Shown in pieces: positions 1 to 11,265 of a DNA stretch of 64,000 bases. Both the position numbers and the translations under genes were made by a program. The stretch lies in assembly GCA_047967505.1 (NCBI GenBank), contig CM106538.1. One strand, 5' to 3'. The stretch's first letter is position 1; each line of letters begins with the position of its first letter. Source of the stretch: Dipteris shenzhenensis (lineage: Eukaryota). The notes beneath the pieces are model-generated. The model was not told the origin of the DNA. It saw only the letters and a list, made by a program, of their open reading frames with translations, and ran no database searches.

Positions 1-2141
1 CTTGGAAGGCCAAGTATTTGACAATGACTTGGCAATCCTATAGGCACTCATGGCCATTTAATACCCCAAGATCGACCCTCCAGCACAATCCAATAGCAAC
101 CGGAGAAGGAGGGTGTACAGTGCCAAAAGGCCAAGATAGAGCACTTCAACAAATTTGAAAGAATGCAGACCAGAGTGGTAGAATCATACTTAACTAAGCC
201 CATAAAAGCACCCGAGTCCCCAAATTTTAAATGGGATCCTAAAGGGCTTGAAGGTGTTTGTATGGCCGAAGAACCACTCCTTGGGAGTGTGACTCCTATT
301 GAAAATCCATCACTGGTATCACAAAGCAAAAAGCTTAGAAAGTTCAAACCCAATGTGAGAATGAAGAGTGAAAAGGTGAATAGTAACAAAAAAGAAGAAC
401 AAGGGAACACATGTGAATTGGACCAAATATATTCCAGTGGAGCTAGCAACCAAGCAAGCACCTCAAAGTGCCATGAAGGCCTAAGGGAAGTTCTCTATTA
501 GTTCAAAAACTACACTAGAGGAGAAGAAACAATAGCAATGCCTAGGCCAATCAGGGAATCAGAGCTCAAAGAAACAAATCGGTGAACAGCTCACTCTAGA
601 AGAAGAAAATGAATTGAAAGCATTGCTTATGGAATATAGAGATTGCATGGCTTGGTCCTACAAAGAAATGAAAGGGATTTCCCCAGAAGTTGTAGTACAT
701 ACCATACCAATAAGGGAAGGATCCAAACCAAAGGTATGTGGACCTTACAGGACAAATCCCAAGTATGGCACCCATGTCTATGAAGAACTATAAAAATTAC
801 TGGAGGCTGGTTTCATTTATGAGATCAAAAATACTGATTGGGTGTCACCAATTGTGATTGTTCCTAAGAAAAACAAGAAGCTCAGAATATGTGTGAATCT
901 CAAGAACGTCAATGCGACAACAATCAGAGATCATTATCCCCTACCATTGACTAAAACAGTTTTAGAAAGGGTAGCGGGATTTGAAGTGTATAGCTTCTTG
1001 GATGGGTTCAGCAGGTACAACCAAGTACAAATTGCACCTCAAGATCAGGCAAAGACAGTGTTTGCCATAGAATGGGAAATTTTTGCATACAGAGTCATGC
1101 CATTTGGCTTATGCAATGCCCCATCTACTTTTCAAAGGGTAATGTACACCACCTTCAAGGAATTTCTCAACAAGTTCCTACAAGTCTTCCTCGACGACTT
1201 GTGTGTACACTCAGGAAAAAAAGATCACTTGAAATGCCTTGAAGAAGTCCTCAAAAAATGCAGGGAGTATGGAATCTCTTTGAATCCTCTAAAATGCCAA
1301 TTCTTGGTCACACATGGAGTTGTCTTGGGACACATAGTCTCTCGACATGGGATTGCAACTGACATGGACAAAATAAAGATCATCATGGAACTCCCCCCCC
1401 CCCCCGCTAAATGCCAAGGGAATTCAAGTATTCATGGGACATGCCGGATACTATAGAAGATTCATAGTGAGGTATGCCATGATTGCAAGGCCCCTATGCA
1501 AGCTCCTAGTCAGCTTCATCTGGACAAACGAATGCAAACAAGCATTCAAAACCCTCAAGTGGAGATTGATCACAACCCCGGTTCTAATGGCACCAAATTG
1601 GGACATAGACTTTCATGTACATATTGATGGTTCCAATTATGCAATAGGGAGTGTGTTATGTCAACCTGGCAAACACAACAAAGACTACCCAGTATACTTT
1701 GCAAGCAGATAGCTAAATGATGCGGAGGTGAATTACACCACAACAGAAAGAGAAGCCTTGGTAATGATCTACAACGTGAAGAAATTTTGACACTATCTAT
1801 TGGCTACTGACTTTATCTTCTACACAAATCATCAAGCCTTATTATATCTTGTGAATTGGCCATGTACCACAGGCCAGATCACTCGATGGCTTCTACTGCT
1901 ACAAGAATTCAATTTCAAGATCGTGGTGAAAAAAGGAGCTCAACATTTCATTTCCGATCACATTACACGATTGAGGACAGGAGAAGAACCGGAAGGAATA
2001 GAAGATGACCTACCAGATGCCGCATTATTTTAAATAGACGATGTGCCTGATTGGTGTGCAGACATCATTGGGTACTTAATGGTAGGAAGACCACCTCCTG
2101 AAATGAAAGCAGTGGATGCTCGAAAACTAATTCTAAAATGT

Positions 2142-3746
2142 TTTTTAGTCAAAAGCTTGCAATTTTTTTCCTTTTGCCCAAAAAGCTCGCAAAAAATAAA
2201 TACCCCTAGTGGCTCTACTCGCATTAAGTAACATTTCCTAGGGATTGGCATGGATACTGAATCGTGTTCAAGCCCTCCATCTTGTGTGTTTCTCTATGCA
2301 AGTCATTTAGAAAAAGTAAAGAAAATGGTGAATTCTATTTTAATGAGGAATGCCAGCAGTACCAATGTTAGCACTAAGATCAATGAAAATTAGGAAGTGG
2401 AAGAGCCTCTAAATGTAAGAAATGCACAAGCACATGTTGCGGATGCAGATCTTTTAGCAAAATGGGTCAGAGGTGATACACGATTCCTTAAATGAGAGTC
2501 AAGTTAAAAAGAGAAAAAAAGTAGGACAAACATCCATGGGGAGGATGGTTTTCTTAGGATCACTTGGATGAAAGCATTTGTAAAGAATGGCATAGCATTC
2601 AATGTCATGGGAGATGAGACATATTGTCATGCCTTAAAGTCATGCACTCGACTAGATTTGACTTACCAATTCATAATAAAATGAGGATGGTACATCTTGA
2701 TAGATATTAGCGGAATGCACTAAAAACAAATTCTTGGTTTTATTCCTACATACGGATGCACTGTTGAATTCGATGGGTAGATGAGTAAGCAAGCCAAACC
2801 CTTAAGAAATGTAATGTGCATTACTCCGAAGGACACAATGTTTTTTGAGAGTAATGATACTTCTCTAAAAGAAAAGAGTGTGCCTTATATTTATAAAGTG
2901 CATGAAAGAGCAATGTCAAAGATTGGTGGCAACGATAAAGTTACTACATTAGTAATAGATAATGCAGCAAATTATAAGATTGTAGGTGAGAATAATGGCA
3001 AAGTATCCCACGTTGACGTGGATGCCATGTGGGGTTTATACTCTGAACTTATTGTTGAAAGATATTGGACAACTGGCATCTGTTCAATAATGGCAAAGTA
3101 TCCCATGTTAACATGGGTGCCATGTGGGGTTTATACTCTGAACTTATTGTTGAAAGATATTGGACAACTGGCATTTGCTCAATAATGGAAAAGTATCCCA
3201 TGTTGAGATGGGTGCCATGTGGGGTTCATACTCCGAACTTATTGTTGAAAGATATTAGACAACTGGCATCTATTCAACCAGTATTACAAGATGCTAACAA
3301 TCTTGTTAGTTTTTTGTAAAGAGCCATCAATACTTGCACGTTAGGTTTAGAGAGCACTCAATGAAGCAAGTGGCATTTGTTCAGCTAGTACTACAAGATG
3401 CTAACAGTCTTGTTAATTTTGTAAGAGCCATCAATACCTACACGCTATGTTTAGAGAGCACTTAGTGAAGCAACTATGACAATTTTGTCAGACCAAATTT
3501 GCTACATCTTTTCTTGTGCTCGCTAGATTGTTAGAAGTGCATCAGGCTTTAGTCAAGACCATCGCTAATAGACGATGGGTGAACTGGCTTGAGAAAAAGA
3601 CACACTATATACTACCTAGTAATAAATGTGCACATATTGTACACTTAGGTTCATTTTGGAGAAATGTGGGAAGAATCAAAGAAGGTGTACATCCATTTGT
3701 GCTTGTGATTAGGATGGTTGATGTGGATGCCTTTGTTATGAGTAAG
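2142..3746 (+). mobile_element. hAT-family (DUF659-type) transposase fragment
   Basis: GCTVEFDG*M..PLRNVMCITP..FFES..VIDNAANYK..WVPCGVYTLNLLLKDIGQL..LVIRMVD motifs typical of plant hAT transposases; ends mid-ORF. Confidence 0.8.
2991..3275 (+). repeat. Tandem repeat, 3 x 95 bp, inside the hAT fragment
   Basis: Unit AATAATGGCAAAGTATCCC...GATATTGGACAACTGGCAT starts at 2991, 3086 and 3181. Confidence 0.9.
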
Positions 3747-4329
3747 GTGCACCCTATCAACTCATTGTAGGACAACTATACAAGATGGGCAAGGACCAGG
3801 TTTTAAGGAGATGTGTGATGCCACATGAGATCATGCCAATCCTTAGTGAAGCACGTGAGGCATTGCAAGTGGACATTTCCAAGGGGAAGCAACAGCCAGA
3901 AAAGTCCTTTTCGCAAGATACTGGTGGCCAACACTTTGGTCAGATGCCTATGAATATGTCAAAAGCTGTGATGTATGCCAACAAACTTCTAAACCACAAC
4001 ACAAAGACTTCAATCCCCTAACAACAGTCGTTGCACAAAAAACCTTTGAAAAATGGGGGATTGATTTTGTGGGTCCCATCCATCCAGTAGCAAAAGAAAC
4101 ACAGGCACGCTACATCATTGTGGCCCACTGATTACTTTACTAAGTGGGATGAAGCTAAAGCCGTTAGAAAGGCAGATGCCAGAAGTAGAACAAGGTTCTT
4201 GTACGAGAATCTGATCACCCGATTTCGATGTCCCATTGAAATTGTGTCAAATAGAGGCACACATTTTGTCAATGAGGTCATCCAAGAATTCTTGTATGGC
4301 TTTATGGTGATCCATGGCTTTCTGCAACA

Positions 4330-5170
4330 TTTCTTTAGGGCATGTTAATTAGGGTCTAGAAAGAGATTGCTTAATAATAACACCACATTCATCATGTTCC
4401 CCCTTGGAATGCCTAGATTCAAAAAAATTCCACATCATGCTTAGACCCATTAGGGACTTAAATCTTAAGACAAAGTAGAATCCACAAGTAAGAGAAGCAC
4501 GATTTCACCACACTCGATGTTGCTTTTGTTCTTCGTGTACATAAGGATGATTTTTTTCAACTATTCCCAATGCAATAGAAGAGCATGCTGAACAAACAAG
4601 GTGCCATTTTACCTATCACCCAAAATATTAGAAATGATATGTGCCTTGCACTTTCCTAAAATTATGTGAGTTAGCAAGAAGACTAGTATTAGTCCTAGAA
4701 GAATCAAGCAAATGATTCTACGTTATATGCACTAAAACTGTCATCCGCTTTTGGCATACCAGTGAGCACTTTGTATCTCACCTTATTCTTGAAATTAGTA
4801 ATTTTGAGCAAAATCTATCACACAAATAATTGTGTCATAGGGAAAATTAGCAAGGCACGTTCTGAATTGCTTCTATTGCCATCTAGCCATGATATTATGA
4901 AGCAGATATTTGGCATGGATTTAACGAAGTGATTTATTAGGTCTCTAGGTTGTGTGTTCTTGTATTATAGTAGCCATGTCTTTTTGCCTGATCCTTCAAC
5001 ATCAACATGTTTGAATCTCCTCCTAGAAACAAGGTTTTCTTTTCTCATTTTGTATGGATAGACATGTTGCTTCACCTTCACACGACAATGTTTGCATTTT
5101 CTAGAAATGTATTCAATGGAGTGCCACTCAGAGTCTCCCCTTTAATAGAGCGCTTGCTCCCATACTGCAT
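4330..5170 (-). mobile_element. Sola2-like DDD transposase remnant (pseudogene)
   Basis: Manual minus-strand translation: ICVIDFAQNY*FQE*GEIQSAHWY (~4750-4830) and MMWNFFESRHSKGEHDECGV (~4381-4438), matching the DFAENY..Q.EIQS.HW and W.FF..GHGKG..DG pattern I recall for Sola2-type transposases. Not in the ORF track. Confidence 0.65.
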
Positions 5171-5575
5171 TATGGCCTAAAATGTAAAAAAATCCAAATC
5201 CACCCAAGGGCAAGCTGTTGTGGATTATGAAATGCCATAAACTTTGACATACTTATTACGAGCCTTATAGCAAGGAAGTACATGGAAAAAGTATTGCAAA
5301 ATTATAAATAGCTTTGGATTTACTTAAAGATCTCTACACATGCATGAATTGAATATTTTCTCATTCATCCATTCTAGGGTGAATCAATACACTAGTATAG
5401 CCAAAGTTGAACATAACCACCGTGCACTAGTCACATAATTGTGGATTTCATTTCTTCTAGTTTTTTAAAAATCTTGCCGAATCTTTGCTTAGATGATTGA
5501 CTGCTTCAATCATCATTCAGTTAAAAAAGTTATGGAGCATGCCCTCAAATGGGTCTGCACAATTTCATCACAACA

Positions 5576-5711
5576 TTGGAGGGCCTTCAAACCGTACCAA
5601 ATGTTCTCAATTAGGTGTGTCCTTTGGTTGAGGGGAAGCTCAATTGGAGGCCCCTTAAACCATACCAAATGTTCTCAATTAGGCGTGTCTTTTACTTGAG
5701 GGAAAGCTCAA
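5576..5711. repeat. Tandem duplication, 2 x 68 bp
   Basis: TTGGAGG..ACCAAATGTTCTCAATTAGG..GAAGCTCAA at 5576 and 5644. Confidence 0.85.
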
Positions 5712-5834
5712 GTAGTGAATTTTTGAATGGTTACATGGCAATTTTATGTATATGTTATTATCTATTACTTAATATATACTATAATATTATATTATACAAT
5801 ATATTGTATAATATATGCATACATACATACATAC

Positions 5835-5840
<6 letters not shown>

Positions 5841-5896
<56 letters not shown>
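5841..5896. repeat. (AG)n microsatellite
   Basis: Perfect AG run in AT-rich low-complexity DNA. Confidence 0.98.
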
Positions 5897-5900
<4 letters not shown>

Positions 5901-6078
5901 ATATAGTATATAATATATTTTATATATTATATAATAATATAATATATTATAGTATATATTAAGTAATATATAATATACTATATATTATCTATTACTTATT
6001 ATATATTATAATATTATTTTATACAATAGATTATATAATACATACATACATATAGATAGATAGAAGATAGATAGATAA

Positions 6079-6080
<2 letters not shown>

Positions 6081-6152
<72 letters not shown>
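6081..6152. repeat. (AG)n microsatellite
   Basis: Perfect AG run. Confidence 0.98.
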
Positions 6153-6158
<6 letters not shown>

Positions 6159-6224
6159 ATAATATTTATTATTTATTATCATATGAGAGAGAGAGAGACA
6201 AAGAGATCGGGAGAGAGGTGAGAG

Positions 6225-7593
6225 AGAAAGAAAGAAAGAAAGAAAGTTTATTAAAGTCTTCGGGAGACCGTGAAGGTCTATGAGACTAAAGATAACTGAT
6301 ACAATGAGCATAACGGTGGCGGTCTCAAAATGGGCCAGCCAACCGTTTCTACAAAAAAGAGGTTATGAAGGATGGTGTGTCTAGTCCTGATACAAAAAAT
6401 AAATGTCTACCTCCAGATGATACAAAAAAGAAGGGGGAGGCACCAAAAATGGGGCAGAGGGGGGAGATACAATATATATGTGCAGGTGGTGATCGTCAGA
6501 GACTAATCATAGAGGGGCCATCAAATGGGAGATCGAAAAAAACCCTGCGATAGATGATTGGCCTCTGACGTCACACGGCCTAGTCGAGCTCGGTCGTCGG
6601 GGGGCGGCGGGTGGCCCTGTGGATGAGGGCAACGGTAACCTCGGTGGGGAGGGCAGAGAGCAGAGATGAGATGTCATGGACCCGGATGTGTGAGTCTATC
6701 CGCTGGCGCAGCTGTCATGGCTCTGGCTCTCGCTCACGTCCGCGTCGTCGGCTAGACTGAGGAGAGGTATCCTGTGACTGGAAGAAATCAGTGATAGGCC
6801 GTTGGGTGTCCTCACGCTGTGTGTGCTGCTCGTGTCACCGTGCTCGGAGAGAGGTATCTCGGTGGCGAGTCATCTCATGTAAGAAAGCGGCTAGGCATCG
6901 TTGATCCGGGAACTGCAGCATGTGTGGGAGGGAGCCGAATCCGTTGCGGAAGAGGCAGTGGTACCGGCCTCGAATGGCATAATAGATAGGACATCTGAAA
7001 GCAAAGTGCTCCTCCGACTCGATCTCCTGCAAGTCGCAAAGTGGGCAAAGGCGGTCCTCTCGTGAGGTACCCTCTGCGTGTCTGCTCTCGATCCGTAATC
7101 GGTGTGATGAGACCCTAAACTGACCGAGGGAGATCCGAAGCGCATGTGGTAGATGAAGCTGTGTGTAACCCGGAGGTGTGATGAAGCCCTCCTGTGAGAT
7201 CTGGAGGCAGTGTCGACGATAGAAGTCGAGCTTCACAGGAAGCTCGGAGTGAAGAAACCATGTCCGCCAGGTGTGGAGCTGGAGCAGATCCACTCGAATG
7301 AGACGGTTGACCTCCTGGTCAGTGGGGGAGAGGGGAGATGGTGGAGCGTCGAGGCTGTACTGAAAAGGAGGCAACCGGTCTAAGTCGAGGCCCAGTCGGG
7401 TGAACCAACTAGAAAGACGACTATACTAGCATTGATGGTCCCCATCAACGAATAAGGCCATAGAGGAGGATAGGGCTAGCCAAGGTAAGCGGAGGCGACC
7501 GTCGGCAGAGGAGCTGAAATCCCTGACTCTGTGGAGATAGGTGATAGCCTGAAAAGCCGCATCAAGCTGTAGGGGTGAGGCGCCGAACTCTGC

Positions 7594-7594
<1 letters not shown>
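6225..7594 (-). mobile_element. 5'-truncated RTEX-like LINE (family 1): ORF2 C-terminus, 3' UTR, terminal hairpin, (CTTT)n tail
   Basis: ORF 6835-7374 has FRVSSHRLRIE..RLCPLCDLQEIESEEHFAFRCPIYY (C-terminal CCHC), homologous to 34242-34943. The 3' end reads GTCTCATAGACC-TTCAC-GGTCT-CCCGA-AGAC-TTT-AATAAA. Clade assignment is tentative. Confidence 0.85.

Positions 7595-7652
<58 letters not shown>
7595..7652. repeat. (AG)n microsatellite between two LINE fragments
   Basis: Perfect AG run abutting the 5' end of LINE 6225-7594 and the tail of LINE 7653-7980. Confidence 0.98.
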
Positions 7653-7657
<5 letters not shown>

Positions 7658-7980
7658 AGAAGTAGAAGTAGAATTTATTATCGTCCTCAAGGGGCCAAAA
7701 ATGACCCATGGGACCTAATCCTCAGTATGAAAAATCTCCTGCGATGTGGAGGGGTCAAGAGTTTTCAAGTTCTTGACAGTACGAAAAAAGATGAGTGACA
7801 AAAGACCCCAATGTTGCTGGAGAGGTAGTGGAGAGAACTAATGAGAGTTGTGTGGTGTCTACCAGTATCTGCTGGTAATCATCCTTGATATGTGCATATT
7901 TGGGGCATTGTAGGGCTACATGTGCCTCTGTCTCGACTGTTTGTGAATCACAAAATCTGCAAACTCTGGCATGTCGTGGA
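7653..7980 (-). mobile_element. 5'-truncated LINE (family 2) 3' end with (CTACTT)n tail
   Basis: Manual translation of 7979->7860: PRHARVCRFCDSQTVETEAHVALQCPKYAHIKDDY (same CCHC pattern as family 1). The 3' end reads GTCC-CAT-GGGTCA-TTTT-TGGCCC-CTTGA-GGAC-GAT-AATAAA-TTCTACTTCTACTT. Confidence 0.8.
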
Positions 7981-8058
7981 AAATATATATAAAGTATTTA
8001 AAAATAGCTATTCAAAAATTATATATGTATATATATATATATATGACACCCGCTCCGC

Positions 8059-8284
8059 CAAGGTGGGGTCTCAAGTATCAATTTTCAAGTTTCAAGACCT
8101 TGGCTACTTAGTATACTCAACAATCTAGGTAAATGAGCGGTCATACCAGAGAGACCTGCATATATAATCTACCTAAATTGTTGAGTAAACTACTTCAAAA
8201 ATTTAGGTAGATGAGTGGTCATACTAGAGACCCGCATAAAGTATCAATTTTAAGTTTCAAGACCTTGGCTGAGATCCCACCTTG
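8059..8284. mobile_element. MITE/foldback-like element
   Basis: 15-bp inverted ends CAAGGTGGGGTCTCA (8059-8073) / TGAGATCCCACCTTG (8270-8284), plus internal direct repeats AGTATCAATTTT..AGACCTTGGCT. No TSD identified. Confidence 0.55.
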
Positions 8285-8404
8285 AGACTGGTCTCTTAGC
8301 CCGTGTAGATGGATCAAGCTACTCGTTTTAACTGACACACATTTAAACTGCTTGGTGGTGGCAATTTCTTTGTTTTGTTATTATCACATTGTGCTCCTGT
8401 GATC

Positions 8405-8441
8405 ATGAATCAACGGATTTCTGCCCTCGTCGATTGTTCAG
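8405..8441 (+). CDS. EAPP: Candidate first coding exon of the EAPP-like gene
   Basis: ATG at 8405, MNQRISALVDCS + G, then donor GTATCT at 8442. Phase 1 matches acceptor CAG at 8604-8606 and gives an in-frame 154-aa product. No homology support for this exon. Confidence 0.4.
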
Positions 8442-8606
8442 GTATCTTTCCCTCTCACATAGCAGTTTTTTAAATCTCTAAACCTCCTAAGGAGTAACGG
8501 ATTTTGCTTTTTTTCGTCGAAGGCTTTCGTATTTGTCCTCCTCTCATAACTACTTAACCAGTTTTCTTTTTTAGTTGCAATTGATTCCCGGACGCTTTTG
8601 TGGCAG

Positions 8607-8769
8607 AGTCCAGTGACGATGAATTGGATGAGAGTCCGCCGGAGTTCTATGATTCTACAATTGACGAACGAGACCAGGCTTGGGTAGAGCGGAAGAGGGA
8701 AGGCAGGAAATCGGATGCTGTGCTTAGTTGTCCAGCTTGCTTTACAACTCTCTGCATCGATTGTCAGAG
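8607..8769 (+). CDS. EAPP: E2F-associated phosphoprotein-like, internal exon
   Basis: SSDDELDESPPEFYDSTIDERDQAWVERKREGRKSDAVLSCPACFTTLCIDCQR = N-part of the Eapp_C domain; donor AG|GTTAGT at 8769/8770. Confidence 0.9.
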
Positions 8770-8859
8770 GTTAGTCTGCTTCCTCCCTAATTCATTTGTT
8801 AAAAGGTTGCCTTAAATTGTAAGGCGTTGTTTGCCTTTAGGAGTACTGGAATAGAGTAA

Positions 8860-9530
8860 GGAGGAATACAGACCAATCAATCGACAGTCCAGGAGGAATT
8901 CGAGAGCTGCATGCAAAACCAGTTGAGCTAGTCTCACAAACGTCCAAGCTGTCCACGGAGCAGAGAAATCAAATGGAAATCCAATCGAGCCACTGCAAGA
9001 GACGAAGTCTAGCTCTGTTTTTTTGGACGAGGATCTGCACGATGTTTCCAATTGTCTTAGAATACATACACTCTGTCCAGATCCACGGCCCCCAGTTTCT
9101 GTCATTGAAACCTGGGTGAGATGTACGTTTCTTAAAAAAGTGTACTGTGTCTTCTTCTTTGAGAAAGCAGATATGGCAACGAATGCCTTTACCAAGGCCT
9201 ATAAACAACAAGGAATCCATTGAGAGACTTGGTATCTTGATTTTTACTCCTAGTACATGTACATGCACATGCCTTCATATGGTGGCTTGCTGATGGGATG
9301 TGAGGAACTCTCATATCTGTGTCCGTCGAGCTGTCTCTCGAGGCGATGGAGGGCGTGGTCTCCTCGATCTCTGTATCCAATGGGCTACGTCAAGGGTGAC
9401 GCCTAGTCTCTGGCGGTCTCCTCTGAGGACGGTTGAAATCGACCGGACCTCAATCGTGCGTATTCTGGTCACTTTCCGTACCGCATGTGGATTGTGTCTC
9501 TCTCGTCTGGCAGCATCATGGTGGTGCTAA
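8860..9530 (+). pseudogene. Possible L1-type LINE ORF1 remnant
   Basis: ETWVR..FLKKVYCVFFFEKADM, then PLRTVEIDRTSIVRILV and a degenerate CGLC knuckle; weak resemblance to DUF4283-type ORF1. Confidence 0.3.
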
Positions 9531-11265
9531 TTCATGATGCTCTCAATCTCATCAAGCTCCTATCCCTCAGCCTCCCAAGTAGCTACTTAGATGTGTAGAA
9601 GTCTGTAACCCGTGTCCGTGCTCTGTCGATATCGATGACCTGTGGCATCACCTCGTGCTGCTCTCTGGTCTGTCGCATCAGTATATCTTTGTGTTGTCGC
9701 ATCTCAATCAAATAGAGCCCAACACAAACATGGTCGGGAAAGTGGATCAGTTGTGTAAGTGGACCAAAGCCATGCCTCTCCTGAAAGAGGCGGTGATATC
9801 ACCCTCGCATCTCATAGTAGACTGGGTAGACACATAGAAAGTGCTCCTCCTACTCCCTTCTTTCCTTTGTTCTTTCCCTTGTTCTAGATTAGGTTTTGAT
9901 TTGTAAGATTGGATATATTCTAGTCTTGTGAAGTTATATGTATGTGTGTTTGTGTGTAAAAGATTTGCTTTGCTTTTCTACATGCACTAGCTATGAAGCT
10001 TTGGGCTTATGCTTTTGGCTGCTTGCTTACCTCAGTTGTAGAGAACGTTGGCAATGAGGGACACAATTATTTACCATGAAAAATGGCTTTGCCAACAATT
10101 TAAAGTGGCCCTCAAGCGCTCTCTCTCTCTCTCAATATATATATATATATATATACATATTAATATATCAAGGAGCATACCCCATAAGAACAGGCCAATT
10201 TCAGTGTCTCAACGTTGAAAGCGGTACATATCCATCATGAATAGTAGAAGTAACTACACATCAATTGTGGGAAGTATAAACATATCCTCTCAGACATACA
10301 TATCCACACACCCGCACACTTGAACATCCATTTATACAAGTTTTTGTTAGCACTTATGAGATGGAGAGACTCAATATTGACACAGGCTAGCACTACAGGA
10401 AAAGAGTAGTCTGTTTTCTGTTGATTCAAGTTGTATTCTCATTCAAATTACAACTACTTGTGAATATTATTTTAGTGGAAACATTTTGAAGAAAAATAAA
10501 GCTTATGGCTGGTAGGAAGCACACCATTGAAAAATAGAATGAATTTGATGCAATATTAGGAGGCCACAACATGAATCAAAATTTCACAAGGTAAAACTTG
10601 CACGTTTACAGATATGGCTTTCACATTAGCAAAAGAAACTTGCTCTATGTTAATGATAAGTTGTAGAGCTGTAAGAATGAACCCTATTAAGCTCAAGTAA
10701 TTTCAGAATTGCCTGAATTGAGGAATGTTAACGAGGAGATAATTTTTGGATTTACGTGCTTACTATCAACGTTTCATCCATCACCTTGCACATAAGGCTT
10801 GACCCCTTTATTTGAACTTCTGTGTATTTGGGCCGGGGGGGGGGGGGGTTGGGCTTGACTAATTTGATTTTATTTAATTTGAAGCGAGTGACAAGGCTCT
10901 CAAAATCTAAGGGATGCTCTTATCTCTTTTCTATGCCAGATATGTACAAGCCGTTTCTATTGTATGGAAGTGCTTGTGTAACTTTTATTAGGGCAGATCT
11001 TATGCAAGGTAGTCGTACTAAGCAGGAGGCTGAATGAAGTAAAACTCTATTATCATGTTTACAAGAAGGACTGTTGGTGAAATACGAAGGTTTGGAAACA
11101 TTGCCGAGTTTGTAGATTTTGATAGGAAATATTTAAGGCTGTGACCAATGTTAGGACGATTAGGGGCATTTTGCCTTCTAAGTTTTTCCCCTTAACCACA
11201 GCTGGTGGTTATTGAGTGAGTTTTTACTCATCCTAGGGTTTACCTGGGTTTTGAAGGTTTTGTCA

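Larger units (their letters stand above)
163..4320 (+). mobile_element. Degenerate Ty3/Gypsy (non-chromovirus-like) pol: RT, RNase H, integrase; interrupted by a hAT fragment
   Basis: ORF fragments SPIVIVPKKNKKLRICV..DHYPLP..FLDGFSRYNQ..MPFGLCNAPSTFQR..FLDDL (RT); GYYRRFI..HIDGSNYAIGSVL..YFASR (RNase H); GKDQVLRRCV and FEKWGIDFVGP..TDYFTKW..IVSNRGTHF (integrase). Many stops/frameshifts; no LTRs seen. Confidence 0.93.

Noticed and set aside
2991-3275. Regularly spaced repeats considered as a CRISPR-like array (also 61682-61769)
   Set aside because: Contiguous tandem units without unique spacers, in a eukaryotic TE context.
5615-6311. ORFs with poly-(RE) and poly-(LS)
   Set aside because: Translations of AG microsatellites.
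7692-7708. GGGTCA-TTTT-TGGCCC resembles the histone mRNA stem-loop geometry (6-bp stem, 4-nt U loop)
   Set aside because: The sequence differs from the histone consensus, land-plant histone mRNAs are polyadenylated, and the context is a LINE terminus.
8575-8606. Alternative EAPP acceptor at TTTTAG (8574)
   Set aside because: It introduces an in-frame TGA before the conserved region; it could only be a UTR or non-productive acceptor.
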